Assembly (NCBI RefSeq): GCF_006345805.1
Contig: NC_043024.1
Location: 19,654,001-19,718,000 of the forward strand
Direction: 5' to 3'
Origin: Octopus sinensis
Taxonomy: Eukaryota
Length of the DNA: 64,000 nucleotides
In this document: piece by piece, positions 23,179-37,578 of the stretch
Layout of the letters: the number at the start of each line of letters is the position of its first letter
Position numbering within the stretch: the stretch's first letter is position 1
The notes under the pieces: generated by a model
What the model saw: only the letters and a program-made list of their open reading frames with translations
The model's database searches: none
What the model was told of the DNA's origin: nothing
Position numbers and translations under genes: made by a program

Positions 23179-23297
23179 GAACTCAAATCAAGAATTCTGG
23201 GTAACCAATGTGAACAAAGCAGATGAAGGAGAATACAGATGTGAAACTTGGAACAAATACGGGAACAGGTCTGCTGTGGCAACAGTCCATGTGGCTG
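23179..23297 (+). CDS. Internal coding exon, second half of Ig domain A
   Basis: ccttcag acceptor, gtaagt donor, 119 nt (phase 2 to 1), in frame with the previous exon. NSNQEFWVTNVNKADEGEYRCETWNKYGNRSAVATVHVA contains the D-x-G-x-Y-x-C motif. Confidence 0.93.
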
Positions 23298-26200
23298 GTA
23301 AGTATTGATGCTTGGCAAAGTAGAGAGAGGGATGAGGTTGGCACAGCCCAGGAGAAGCTTTTATGGGCTGGCACTTTTGCATCTGCTGAATAAACTCGCA
23401 TAGGCGCAGGAGTGGCTGTGTGGTAAGTAGCTTGCTTACCAACCACATGGCGATTTTCTTTCTCCGTCTTCCCTTCTTTGGACCTTTCCTTTACCTATGT
23501 TTCTGACGAAGAGCTCCGCTCAAAACATTAAATCCTCCTTCTTTCCTTCCTTTTCTGAGCGTCCAATAACACTATGCTTGTTCCACATCCTCGCGTTGTT
23601 ATGTTTTCTCTTTGTGTTTTCATGTTTAGATTAACTATATATAAAGCACCCACTACACTCGCAGAGTGGTTGGCGTTAGGAAGGGCATCCAGCTGTAGAA
23701 ACACTGCCAGATCAGACTGGAGCCTGATGCAGCCTCCTGGCTTCCCAGACCCCAGTCGAACCATCCAACCCGTGCTAGCGCAGAAAACGGAGGTGATGGT
23801 TGTGGTAGTGGTGGTGGTGAAGGTGATGATGGTGGTAGTGGAGGTGATGGTGGTGGTGGTGGTGAAGATGATGGTGGTATTGGAGGTGATGATGGTGGTG
23901 GTGGTGGTGGTGGTGGTGGTAATGATGATGGTGGTAGTGGTGGTGGTGGTGGTGGAAGTGATGATGATGGTGGTGGTCATGGCGGCAGCAGTGGTGGTGG
24001 CAACAGTTGAGCTGGTCATGTAAGTGCTGCTGGTGGTGGCTGTGGTTGTGGTGGTGGTGGTGGTGTTGATAGTGCAGGAGGAAGGGGATTGCTGTTGTGG
24101 TTGCAGTGGTACGTGCTGTGGTAGTAGTCTGTGTCAAGGTGCTGCAACAAACATCATTGTAGTGGTTATTTTTATCAGCACCAAGTATATCTAGGACTAC
24201 ATTAATTTCAATGTGCACCGATGCTTTTTAACATAGCGGAATAGAATGCAATTTTGAGAGAAAAAGTTTTGGGTTGTAATCTTTATTTCTTGCATGTTTA
24301 GCAAACCACAAACAGGATTTCTAACATGATATATGGTTATTGTGCGCTGGGAACCAATAAATGCTTGCGGAATCTAGTTTTGCACAGAAGGAATAATAAA
24401 TATTTACAAGTCTTCTATTTGTTGTTCGACACTGAAATATTTCCAAACAGAGAGAAGAAATGTAATTTAACTGGGTACACATTGCATTATCACCTTGACC
24501 TGGGCAATGTTTAAACATGGTTAGACGTCTTACATTTACTCTAATTTAATGATCTGTATACAAAGAGTGATGCTGTCCGAACGTTCTGTCCGGATCCTTC
24601 TGTCAACTTTGTGCAAGTATTTGATTCTCAGGAGGATATTGACAAATACTTCTCCAGGCAAATATCAAATATCAAATATAAGTGCACACAAGACTGGTTA
24701 CACAATGCAAAAGGAAAATTTCAATTTACAGAGAAAGGACTACCGCGTAGCTTCTTTCCACTGTGCGTGATTGTGTGTGTGTGTGTGTGTTCTGGCTGAT
24801 CGTACAGCCATGCTGTATAACCAACCAGGACTTTCACTGCTCTAAGTTATTTCTCTTGCTACCCAAAATCTAGTTTCACTTTCATTTCTCTTGCTGCCCA
24901 AAATCTACTTTCACTTTCATCTCATCATCCACCCTTACCTTTGTCCGCCTCCATATTATCAGTCACTCTTCTACCAATTCCACCTCCAAAAATCCCACTG
25001 CCTTTTCCTGTCATACTCTTGCTCCTTTCCTGGGTCACCTTAGCAGTGTAATAGGCCCCATGGCAGATCATTGCACTGAGCCTTATATCATTTATTTATA
25101 GACAACAAACCACACCATACATAAATCAGAAATGGGTCCCTAAACCCATAAGGCATCCAGGAAACTGCCCACTGTTCTCCTGCCTTAAGACAATACTACC
25201 CCTTCCACCTTCACCCACTCTGATCCTCCTGATGTTTAGCTCCCCCTCTCTCTCTCTCCCTCCTAGGTCACTTAAGTAAATGTACACTCACTAAGTGATT
25301 GAATACACTCGCCCTCTCCCTCTTTCGGAGAGGCACTGAGCAGCTATACGCACACATACACACATGGCAGGAACTCCCGCCTACCGAATTCAATCACAAA
25401 GCTTCGGTCGGCTCGGGGCTATAGTGGAAGACACCTACCCAAAGTGCTACGGAGTGGGACTGAACCCGAAACCATGTAGCTAGGAAGCAAGCTCACTAAC
25501 CACTATACACACAATTTATCGACCCCAAGAGGATGAAAGGCAAAGTCAGCATTGACAGAACTTGAACTCAGAACGTAACGACGGGTGAAATACCGCTAAT
25601 CATTTTACCCATCATGCTAACGTGTCTGCCAGCTCAACACCTTGACATAATGAAGCAATGATAAGAAGAACAACAATTGATGCTGGCTGTTATTAATATA
25701 TTTAAATATTTCAACACTGAATCCTGTAGAAATGAGAAATTATCAGAGATAACAACTTAATGCATTATTTAGTACAATATACTATTTGTATTATATTAAA
25801 TACATAATAAAATAAATACTTTTAGACTAAAGTCTATTTTAAAAGGAAGCATATTGGAATGTTTTTAGGGAAATTTATCAATGAAGAACTGATTGAATTC
25901 TTAGAAAAAGAACCATACTTTTTAATATTGGTTTGTTTTAATAAAAGTTTATCAAAATTTTTTAAGCTCCCTTTTGATAAATTTTCCTAAACAGTTATGA
26001 GCTTGGAGGTATTTCGATAAGTTTATTTTATTAAAATTCTTTCAAAAATTAAATAAGAGAAAGATATTAAACAATATGCTCGTTTTAAGATATTATTTGT
26101 GCAAGAGCAAGAATGGGTGTATTTTTTTGGAGGTGGCGGTGGTGGTGGTGGCAGTGGTGAGGGAGATGGTGGTAGTGACAGTGGTATCGTTGGTGAGGTT

Positions 26201-27014
26201 GGTGGTGGTGGTGTGGTGGTGGTGGTGGTACTGGTGGCAGTGGTGGTGGTGGTGGTGGTGGTGGCGGTGGTGGTGGTGGTGGTAGTGGCAGTGGTGGTGG
26301 TGGAGATGGTGGTAGCGACAGTGGTATCATTGGTGAGGTTGGTGGTGGTGGTGGGGGTGGAGGGTGCAATAGCAGATCCTCATTAAAACCTGCCAATAGA
26401 ATTTCATGAGCTGTGAGAGATAGGCTCTACCCAAATAATCTGGAAACAAATTCAAATTTACAGTTTCAAAAACATTCAGTGTATCCATTGTTTTATTATC
26501 ATTTTATTATTATAGAGAAAATGATTTCAGACAACACACACACACACACACGCACATACATATATACACACCACACACACACACTCTCTTTCACACACAC
26601 ACATACTCTCACTCACTCACTCACACACAATTTCTCTCTCTCTCTCACAAATACACAATCTTCCTCTCTCTCTTTCTCTGTCATACACACACACACATAC
26701 ACCAAACACACACACACACACCACACTTACACACACACACTCTTTCACACACACACATACTCTCACTCACACACAATTTCTCTCTCTCACAAGCACACAA
26801 TCTTTCTCTCTCTCTCTGTCATACACACACACACACATACACACCACACACACACACACACGCACACACACACACACCACACACACACACACACACATAT
26901 ACACACCAAACACACACATACCACACACATGCACACTCTCTCTTTCACACACACACATACTCTCACTCTTTCACTCACACAAACAATTTCTCTCTCTCTC
27001 TCACAAACACACAA

Positions 27015-27045
<31 letters not shown>

Positions 27046-27724
27046 GCCATACACACACACACACACACACAAATGTTCACTTTGCAGCCACATGGTTCCG
27101 GGTTCAGTCTCACAGTGCAGCACATTGGGCAAGTGTCCTCCGTTATAGCCATGGGCCAACCAAAGCCTTGTGAGTGTACTTGGCTGACGGAAACTGAAAG
27201 AAGCCTGTCTCATATATCTTTCACTTTGATTTTACTTGTTTCAGTCATTAGACTGTGGCCATACTGGGGCACCGTCTTGAAGGACTTTTGTTGAATGAAT
27301 TGACCCCAGGATTTAATTTTTAAGCCCAACAATCATTCTTTAATGGTCCCTTTTTGCTGAACTGCTAAGTCAGAGAGACCTAGACCCACCAGCCGTAGTT
27401 TTTAAACAGTGGAGGGAATAAACACAGATATAAACATATACACACACACACATATGTATGTATGTGTGTGTGTGTGTGTGTATTGAATGTACTCAAGAAA
27501 ACCTGTCCTCCACAACAGAAGTGTGAAGGCCGCCCTCCCCCATCCTCCTGGTGAAGTGGATTGGCCTGCAAGAGTCATGTGCCAGTGCCACATGTGGTCA
27601 TGTGGGGCCATGTAAAAAGCACTTGTGCTAGTGCTGTGTACTGGTGCTCATGTGGTGCCACATTAAAAGCACCCAGCACACACTGTAACGCGGTTGGTAT
27701 TAAGAGGGCCATCCAACCGTAGAA

Positions 27725-28334
27725 ACCTGTTTCTTTACTACCCACAAGGGGCTAAACACAGAGACGACAAACAAGGACAGACAAACGGATTAAGTTGATT
27801 ACATCGACACCAGTGCGTAACTGGTACTTACTTCATCGGTTCTGAAAGGGTGAAAGGCAAAGTCGACCTCGGCAGAATTTGAACTCAGAACGTAGCAGCA
27901 GACGAAATACCTATTTCTTTATTGCCCACAAGGGGCTAAACACAGAGAGGACAAACAAGGACAGACAAAGGGATTAAGTCGATTATATCGACCCCAGTGC
28001 GTAACTGGTACTTTTTTAATCGACCCCGAAAGGATGAGAGGCAAAGTCGGCCTCGGCGGAATTTGAACTCAGAACGTAGTGGCAGATGAAATAACTATTT
28101 TTATTTCTTTACTACCCACAAGGGGCTAAACACAGAAGGGACAAACAAGGACAGACATAGGTATTAAGTCGATTACATCGACCCCAGTGTGCAACTGGTA
28201 CTTAATTTATCGACCCCGAAAGGATGAAAGGCAAAGTCGACCTTGGCAGAATTTGAACTCAGAACGTAACAGCAGACGAAATACCGCTAAGCATTTCGCC
28301 TGGCGTGCTAACGATTCTGCCAGCTCGCCGCCTT
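27725..28334 (-). mobile_element. SINE family C, head-to-tail trimer; representative of about 15 copies
   Basis: Minus-strand tRNA-like head AAGGCGGCGAGCTGGCAGAA...GAGTTCAAATTCC, then CCTTTCATCCTTTCGGGGTCGATAAATTAAGTACCAG, tail GTAGTAAAGAAATAGG. Other copies approx.: 11695-12075 (dimer), 12475-12705, 14895-15130, 20115-20440, 25510-25640, 32345-33060 (three diverged + copies), 42790-42990, 49040-49220, 53115-53275, 54538-54770. Confidence 0.88.
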
Positions 28335-28557
28335 GGAAAAGTCTTGGAGATGCAAAAACATTCAGTGTATCCATTGTTTTTTTATCATTTTATTATTACA
28401 GAGAAAATTATTTCAGACAACACACATCAGACAACCAAGACACATCAGACTGGAAGTTGGGGCAGCTCCCCAGTTTGCCCGTTCTGGTCAGACTATCCAA
28501 CCCATACCAGCATGGAAAACATATGTTAACAGGTGATGATGATAATGATGCTGATGA

Positions 28558-28596
<39 letters not shown>

Positions 28597-29738
28597 TGAA
28601 AAAACATGTTACTCTTTTACTTGTTTCAGTCATTTGACTGTGGCCATGCTGGAGCACCGTCTGTAGTTGAGCAAATCAACCCCAGGACTTATTCTTTGTA
28701 AGCCTAGTACTTATTCTATCAGTCTCTTTTGCTGAACTGCTAAGTTACGGGGATGTAAACACACAAGCATCGGTTGTCATGCGATGTTGGCGGGACAAAC
28801 ACAGACACACATATATATATATACATATATACGACAGGATTCTTTCAGTTTCTGTCTACCAAATCCACTCACAAGGCTTTGGTTGGCCTGAGGTTATAGT
28901 AGAAGACACTTGCCCAAGGTGCCACGCAGTGGGACTGAACCCGGAACCATGTGGTTCGTAAGCAAGCTACTTACCACAGAGCCACTCCTACGCCTATGTG
29001 TTAATACATTGTACTTTTATCATCTTTTTTAAACAGTTTTAATTTAGCTTTAATCATAGCAAAGTTTTATAAAAATAGTTAATTACAAGTATCCTTTTAT
29101 TAGTTCCTATTTATAAAATTGTTTTTATTAATTACTGGTAAGTTTACATTATAGCTTGTAAGGGTAATATATATTAATGAATATGTAGTGTTTTTATTAT
29201 TAACTTTTGACTTACGAAATTATGTATTTCACTCATAATTATAATAATTATTCATTAAATTCAGTTGTGTTTTTTTTTTTTGGAGAGAAATGAAATAACG
29301 CTTTCACTTTCTGTTATTATAGTAGAAACTATGGAAGACTGGTAGGATTATTATTGGTATGGACTTAAAGATTGGTCACTGTTTAGGATATAATTTAGTT
29401 ATTGTAGGTTTACTATTAATACCGATACAGATGTACATAGATTTATGAGTTTCCTTGTTGTAGTTTAATTTTAAAGTTAGTGTTTAATCCAGCCTATATT
29501 TGATTGAATACTGTGGTACACAGGGTAAATGTGTTTGAAAGTTGTGTGTTTTGTTTTTTGGTATGTTTGTGCCCAAACAGCACGTCTTTTAGCGCTGCTG
29601 ACACCACCAGATTCAGTGGTACTGCCCAGGTGTCGAAACCATAATGACATCCATGGGGCAGCTGATGATGGAGGTATGTTGGATTGTTGGTATGGCTGTT
29701 TTTATATATGGGGATTAGTGTTATAACACATCATTTTG

Positions 29739-29784
<46 letters not shown>

Positions 29785-30114
29785 ATACTGTGTAAAAGCA
29801 CCCAGTACACTCTGTACAGTGGCTGGTGTTAAGAAGGGCATCCAGCTGTATAAACCATGTCAAAACAGATATGGAATGTGAACAGCCTTTCAGCTGGTCA
29901 GCTCCTATTTCTTTACTACCCACAAGGGGCTAAACACGGAGGGGTAATATCGATTCGATATTTCATCACTATAAACAAATCCTGTGTGGTTGTTTAGCAA
30001 GAAATTGCAGAACCCTTATACATCATTTAAAGACAGGAGAGTCCATGGTATATGTGCTTACATATATATGCGTGTACACACACATACACACATATATATT
30101 ACACACACACACAT

Positions 30115-30149
<35 letters not shown>

Positions 30150-31281
30150 CACACACAAGGCAATTACAATGGATATGGAGTTTAGTACTTTTGCAGGTGT
30201 ACTAATCTGCATATTCATTATAATTGTCTTAGATATATACACCTGGTAAAATATCGATAATCCAGCAAAGTAAACCCGGGATTTATCCATCAGATGACAC
30301 ACATGGAGATTACTTATCTGAAGTAATCCTTGGTGTTCCTTACAACTCAATGCGGTTAGCCATGACTTGGATTATAACCGAGTGCCTGGATAATTTCTCC
30401 CTATCTATTCATCATATACATACATAAATATACATATATATAGGATTATAAATAATCTTGGCGCAGGAGTGGTTGTGTGGTAAGTAGCTTGCTAACCAAC
30501 CTCATGGTTCCGGGTTCAGTCCCACTGCGTGGCATCTTGGGCAAGTGTCTTCTGCTATAGCCCCGGGCCGACCAATGCCTTGTGAGTGGATTTGATAGAC
30601 GGAAACTGAAAGAAGCCTGTCGTATATATGTATACATATGAATATAAGTGTGTGTGTTTGTGTGTCTGCGTTTGTCCCCCTAAAATCACTTGACAACCGA
30701 TGCTGGTGTGTTTACATCCCCGTCACTTAGCGGTTCGGCAAAACAGACCGATAGAATAAGTACTGGGCTTACAAAGAATAAGTCCCGGGGTCGATTTGCT
30801 CGACTAAAGGCAGTGCTCCAGCATGGCCGCAGTCAAATGACTGAAACAAGTAAAAGAGTAAAAGAGAGAGAGAACTATACTCTGCTAAAATGTTTAGAAG
30901 CATTCCATCCATCTTTACGTTCTGAGTTCAAATCCAACCAAAGTCTACAGAATCCTTTCATCACTGAATCCTTTCACAGTCTGTAAGAGTCCTTCAAGCT
31001 CTTCAGCATCTTTGCCATATACTCTCTTTACTCTTTTATTTGTTTCAGTCATTTGACTGCGGCCATGCTGGAGCACCACCTTTTCAGTCGAGCAAATCGA
31101 CCCCCAGGACTTATTCTTTTGTAAGCCTAGTACTTATTCTATCGGTCTCTTTTTGCTGAACCGCTAAGTTACGGGGATGTATACACACCAGCATCGGTTG
31201 TCAAGCAATGTGGGGGGGACAAACACAGACACACAAACATATACACATATATATATATATATAATATATATATATATATAT

Positions 31282-31312
<31 letters not shown>

Positions 31313-31749
31313 GTATATATATATGTATATACATATATATGACGGGCTTCTTTCAGTTTCTGTCGACCAAATCCACTCACAAGGCTTTGGTCGGCCAAGG
31401 CTATAGTAGAAGACACTTGCCCAAGGTGCCATGCAGTGGGATTGAACCCAGAACCATACTTTTAAATCATCCATATAAAATACATGGCTTATTTTCCTGT
31501 TGTCAGTTTTGTAGTCATACCCTGTTCTATTCAGTTCACTTGAGAGTTGTATTAGTGCTATGCAGAAACACAGGAGAAATTTTGAAAATGTCCAGCGATT
31601 TCAGAATCTTTGAATGTGGTATGCTGTCAAAGGCTTTTTTATAATCAATCCATGAAGAGCTGAAATCTCTGTGCTTGTTCTGGCAGTTCTCAAGGATCAT
31701 GCGATTAATTAGGAGCTGATCTTTGCATCCGTATAAGCCTCATCTGCAT

Positions 31750-32310
31750 CCTTTTGTTATTATTATTGAGTGAGAGATCAGTGCATGCCATCAAAGTGGC
31801 ACTGGGGTAAAATATACAAAGACCAGTATACCCATCATGATTACCCATCTGATAAGGGTACACTAGGCACATGCATCACAACCATATATGTGCGACATGG
31901 TGATCTCATATCAAGATAAACAGCGCATGACCTTGCAGGTGGGGACCAGTTAGAATTTTCTTCATGTCGAGTAACCCAGCCCACTCAAAAGGTCCCTGAA
32001 TAAGGGTTGTTTAAGGATGTTGAAAGAACCACCCATGTTTCCAGAGGTGAATTATTCAAACCCCAAAGAATCCCTCTCAACACATGGCTATGATGCTCCC
32101 CCACTACTTCTGCTCATGATCAGAGATGCACATATCGTCAGCCACTAAGGTTAAGGTCCAACAACTGACAAGCAAATCTGTGGTATTGAGCAGAATATTT
32201 GCTGTAGCCCATCTTTTATACCAAGACAAAACTATGTACATGATAACACTTCCAATCAGTTAAGATCAGAAGCCATGAGAGCCACTGCCTGGTACTGCAT
32301 CAGGGCATTA
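31750..32310. mobile_element. Unclassified interspersed repeat-like segment between (ATT)n tracts
   Basis: Higher-GC non-coding block bounded by (ATT)n on both sides; single copy in the window, so classification is tentative. Confidence 0.3.
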
Positions 32311-32313
32311 TTA

Positions 32314-32358
<45 letters not shown>

Positions 32359-32805
32359 TATATCATTAAGGTGGCGAACTTAGTGGAATTTCGCCTGTCG
32401 CTACATTCTGAGTTGAAATTCCACCATTCGTCCTTTTGAGGTTGATATATTAAGTACCAGTGAAACACTGGAGTCAATGTAATCAGCTAGTCCTCTCCCC
32501 ATCAAAATTTTAGGCCTTATGCCTTTACTAGAAAGGATTATTATTATTATTATTATTATAATAATAATAATTATTATTATTATTATTAAGGTAGCAAGCT
32601 GGCAGAATTGTTAGCACACCAGGCAAAATGCATAGCAGCATTCCATCTGCTGCTACATTCTGAGTTTAAATTCCGCCGAGGTCAGCTTTGCTTCTCATCC
32701 TTTCAGGGTCGATAAATCAAGTACCAGTTGTGTACTGCAATTGATGTAATTGACTTTCCCCCTCCCCACCCCCAAATCCCAGGCCCTTTACCTTTAGTAA
32801 AAAGG

Positions 32806-32845
<40 letters not shown>

Positions 32846-33559
32846 TATTATCATTATTATCATTACTAAGGTGCCAAGCTGGCAGAATTGTTAACGTGTT
32901 GAGTAAAATGCTTAGCGGTGTTTCATCCATCTCTATGTTCTGATCTTGACTTTGTCTGTCATTCTTTGGGAATTGATAAAATAAGTACCTGTTACGTACT
33001 GGGGGTTTGATGTATTTGATTTACCCCCCTCCCTTGAAATTGCTGTCCCTGTATCAAAATTTGAAAACCATTATTAATCTAATATCTAAGGCTTGGAATC
33101 ATGATATTTGGAAAAAATGATATTTTGATGTAAAGACTTAGATTAGAATAACGTAGATTACCGAAAACCTGAAGTTGGTTTTGCAGAACCAAGTGGGGAG
33201 GGGAGGTCTTTGGCAGGTTGGTTTCAAAAGGCTTAATCAAGACTGACCTGAGGTGAAACAACACAACAACACAACAACAACAGCAACAATCTTCAAATCA
33301 GAATTTTCTCTTTTACCAAAAATCCATCGTATTCCGAAGCCCATTTCCATCTGAATCTGCCAGAAACACTCTTTTCTTTTTTCTTTTATTTATTTTACCT
33401 TTTATTGTTAAAAGAATTATTGCATTGCATCTTGAAGACTTCATGCTGCCTTCCTTCATTTACTGCTATAGAAACCCCCTTTTGTCCCCCCCCCCCCCCC
33501 TTTGTCCCCCGTTTTTTTTTGTTTTGTTTTATCCTTTTTTGCTGCTGTTGTTGTTGTCC

Positions 33560-34701
33560 TCCTTCCTCTTCATCTTCTTCTTCCATTTCTTCTTCTGATT
33601 CTTCTCTTCCTTTCTCCTTTTCTTCTTCTGATTCTTCTCTTCCTTTCTCCTTTTCATCGTTGTTTTATTCTTATTCTTATTCTTCTTATTCTTCTTATTA
33701 TTATTATTATCCTTCTTTTTCTTCTTTTTTTCTCTTCTTCTCTTCTTTTTTTTCTTCTTCTCTTCTTCCTTCTTCTTCTCTTCATTTTCTCCTCTTCTTC
33801 TTTCTTCTTCTCCTTCCTCCTTCTTTCTTCTTCTTCTTCTTCTGCAAAACCTTCTTCTTCCTCTCTTCTTTTTCTTTTCTCTTCTTCTTCTATTTCTTCT
33901 CCTTCTTCTTCTCTTCTCTCCTTCTTCTTCTTCTTTCTTCTTTTCTCACCTTTCTCTTTTTGTTCTTCTTTCTTCTTTCTTCTTTCTTCTTCTCCTTCTT
34001 CTTCTTGCTTTGTTCTTCTCTTCTTCTTCTTCCTTCTTTTCTCTTCTTTTCTTCTTCTTCTTTTCTTTCTTCTTCTTCTTCTTTTCTTCTTCTCTTCTTC
34101 TTCTCCTCTTCTTCTTCGTTTTTTTCTTCTTCTTCTTCTTCTCTTTCTTTCTCTCTTTTCTTCTTCTTCTTCTTCTTCTTCTTCTTCTTCTTCTTCTTCT
34201 CCTTCTTCTTCTTCCTCAACCAATATTACATACATCAGTAAGATTTTGCTGACGTTTATTTGCTCCAAGTTCTTCTTCTTTTCTTCTTCTTCTTCTTCTT
34301 CTTCCCGATGTATCTATGCTGGAATTCATGTTCACTCACCTGCAAAGACGTATAGAAATTTAGAAATCGCAGGGAAATTTTGTTTCTGGCTTGAAACTTG
34401 TACGTGCCTGCAAAAAGAGTCAAAAAAAAAAGAGAAAAAAAAGAGAAATAGTCTCTTGTTGCCATCTACGTTACCGAATTAGTAATGCTTTAAAGTTACT
34501 CAGAACTAAAAACAAATAATAACAGAAGCAGCACTGACAACAACGAAGATAATAATAATAATAATAATAATGATAATAATGATGATAATAATAATGATGA
34601 TAATAACAATGATAATAATAACAATGATAATAATAATGATAATGATAATAATAATAATAATGATAATAATAATAATAATGATAATAATAATAATAATAAT
34701 A

Positions 34702-34754
<53 letters not shown>

Positions 34755-34893
34755 AATAATGATAATAATAATAATAATAATGATGATGATGATAATAACA
34801 ATGATGATAATAACAATGATAATAATAATGATAATGATAACAATAATAATAATAATAATAATAATAATGGTAATAATAATAATGATAATAATG

Positions 34894-34929
<36 letters not shown>

Positions 34930-35045
34930 TTAATAATAATAATGATAATGATAACAATAATAATAATAATAATAATAATAATGGTAATAATAATAATGAT
35001 AATAATGATAATAATGATAATAATAATAATAATAATAATAATAGT

Positions 35046-35083
<38 letters not shown>

Positions 35084-35185
35084 TAATAACAATGATAATA
35101 ATAATAATAACAACAACAACAATAATAATAGTAATAATAATGATAATAGCAATGATAATAATGATAATAATAATAATAATGCATA
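33560..35185. repeat. Large (CTT)n-rich block (33560-34310) and (AAT/GAT)n block (34510-35185)
   Basis: Visible directly; source of the spurious poly-E/K/S/I/M ORFs. Confidence 0.95.
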
Positions 35186-35309
35186 AATGACTAAAATAAA
35201 AACAAATATTGGATAACAAACCTATATAAAACAATTCTACAAAAATAAGTTTTAAAAGAAATGAAATAAAACTTTCTCAAAATCAATTCTTCAAACTGCA
35301 AATAAATAA

Positions 35310-35344
<35 letters not shown>

Positions 35345-36772
35345 GCATGGTAATACACTATAAAAGCCAGACTTGTACCTACCACGTAGTAGTTCACTGA
35401 ACTGAATGTAGCATAGTAAAGTTATGTGAAAAGTTTGATGGTACACAGGTTATAACAACACCACGAGGTTGAGTTAAACTTTTTTCATTGCTTTCATGTG
35501 TACCAATTGGAATTGGTACGCAGGTAGGTAGGTAGGTAGGTAGGTAGGTAGAGAGGTAGGAGGAGACTTTGTCTGTTGCTTGTGTAGGAAGAGAAGGGGG
35601 TGATGGAACTGAAGTGAGTAGACAGGGTCAACTATTCCTTTTGATGTACTACGTAACTGTAATATATCGATTTTATTTCTGTCCACCTTTTTTCAATAAC
35701 TAAATCAAAAAGAAAATCGATCTTTTATGCAATCAAAAGAAATTTACACTATCATAGATTTTATTATTATTGTTATTTAGCCCTCGGATTAGCAATGATC
35801 CAGCAGAACTATGATAAGATAAAAGGGATTCCAACAGTAGCCAGCACATTTTTTCTTCTTTTCTTCCAACCGTTGACTACATTATTTGAAAGATCCAAGG
35901 GGCAGGGAAGGGGTTAAAATTCCCTGTTTTCTTTTCTATTATTTATATTTTATGGCTGGATGCTTTTCGAGTTGTCTTACCTGCGTTTTCAAATAAAGGA
36001 TATTTTTAAAATATTTTTCCGCAGGTCTTTGAAAGCACAGAGCTACCGGTCATAATGTCAACAAGTTTAGTCAACAACATTGTATCTTCTATGTTCGTCA
36101 CTACTTCGCTCTAGTGGTGACGAACATGGAATATATAAACATTGACACACACTTATCGCATATATGTCCATGCACTCACACACACACACACACACACACA
36201 CACTTGGAACAGCATTATTAGTTGATCAAACAGAATCCAAAATAATTGACTAGCGTTGGTCTGTGTCAGCAAGACTTGAATTACTAAGTAAAATTGAAAA
36301 AATGAGTACTCTGAACTTGCTCTGACGAGTGTAAAATTAAACTTTTTAGATGGAGTCCTTCTTCAAAGAAAAAGCTGATGACAGAGAAATTAATGAGAGA
36401 CAGCAGAAATTTTATATCTTCTAAGTTAGAAAAACTGGTTCTCTCTCACCAATTTTCTCTCTCCTACTATTCACTGTCTGTGTATGCTTGAAACTCCTGT
36501 AGTCTAATGTTCCTCATCAGCTGCAGCCAGTTCAATTTCCATGTCTGTTATTAACTCTCTTTCTCTCCTATTAGATTTTCCCCCGAGGACTCTAAAATAT
36601 TGGATCTTTTCATTCCTCACAAGTCCACTGTGCTTTTTCATTGATGTTATGAACGTGTGTGTGTGTGTTTGTGTATGTGTGTGTGCGTTCGTGTATGCGT
36701 GTGTGTGGAGGTGTCACATAGAATGAAATAAAGTGTCTTGCTCAAAGTCACAATGTGCTACCAGGGAATATA

Positions 36773-36815
<43 letters not shown>

Positions 36816-36856
36816 TATATATTATATATGTATATATATATATATATATATGTTAT

Positions 36857-36900
<44 letters not shown>

Positions 36901-37539
36901 GAGGCGCAATGGCCCGTGGTTAGGGGCAGCGGACTCGCGGGCGTAGGATTGCGGTTTCGATTCCCAGACCAGGCGTTGTGAGTGTTTATTGAGCGAAAAT
37001 ACCTAAAGCTCCACGAGACTCCTGTAGGGGGTGGTGGCGATCCCTGCTGTACTCTTTTGCCACTCTTTCTCCCAGTCTTTCTTCTGTTGGCATGCTCGCT
37101 TAGCAAATGAGGTGGCGTCATTTGAAGGCTAAAACAATGTGAAGCGCATTGTGACCAGCGATGTGTAGCAACATCTGATAGCCTGGTCGGTCACGGTGAC
37201 ATATATATATGTATATATAAATGTATATATAAATGTATATAAATGTATATATATATACCTATATCATCATCATCATCACAGGAGTGAGTCAATGGGTACT
37301 GGTATTGGTTACAATCAGTTGGTGCTCTTTACCTGTCATCAGCACGGGAGCCAGCCAGGTTCACCGGCCTCAGCTACGTCATTGGTTTTACTTGACTCAA
37401 CAGGTCTTCTCAAGCATATCATATCACCCAACGCATCAGGGGTACTCTTAACTGGGCCGACCATGAATGGCTATGATGCCAGTACCCTCTAACTGGCACT
37501 AAACATCTATACAAAATGCTTTCTGAATACAAACAGTGT

Positions 37540-37578
<39 letters not shown>

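Noticed and set aside
24549-24799. Possible extra exon or ORF (…VQVFDSQEDIDKYFSRQISNIKYKCTQDWLHNAKGKFQF…)
   Set aside because: No Ig features or convincing splice pair, and not needed because the flanking exons join in frame; possibly an old transposon remnant.
36320-36530. CTGACGA/CTGATGA and GAAAC motifs near 36322, 36374 and 36515
   Set aside because: No consistent stem I/II/III register; may be a decayed PLE end but not supportable.
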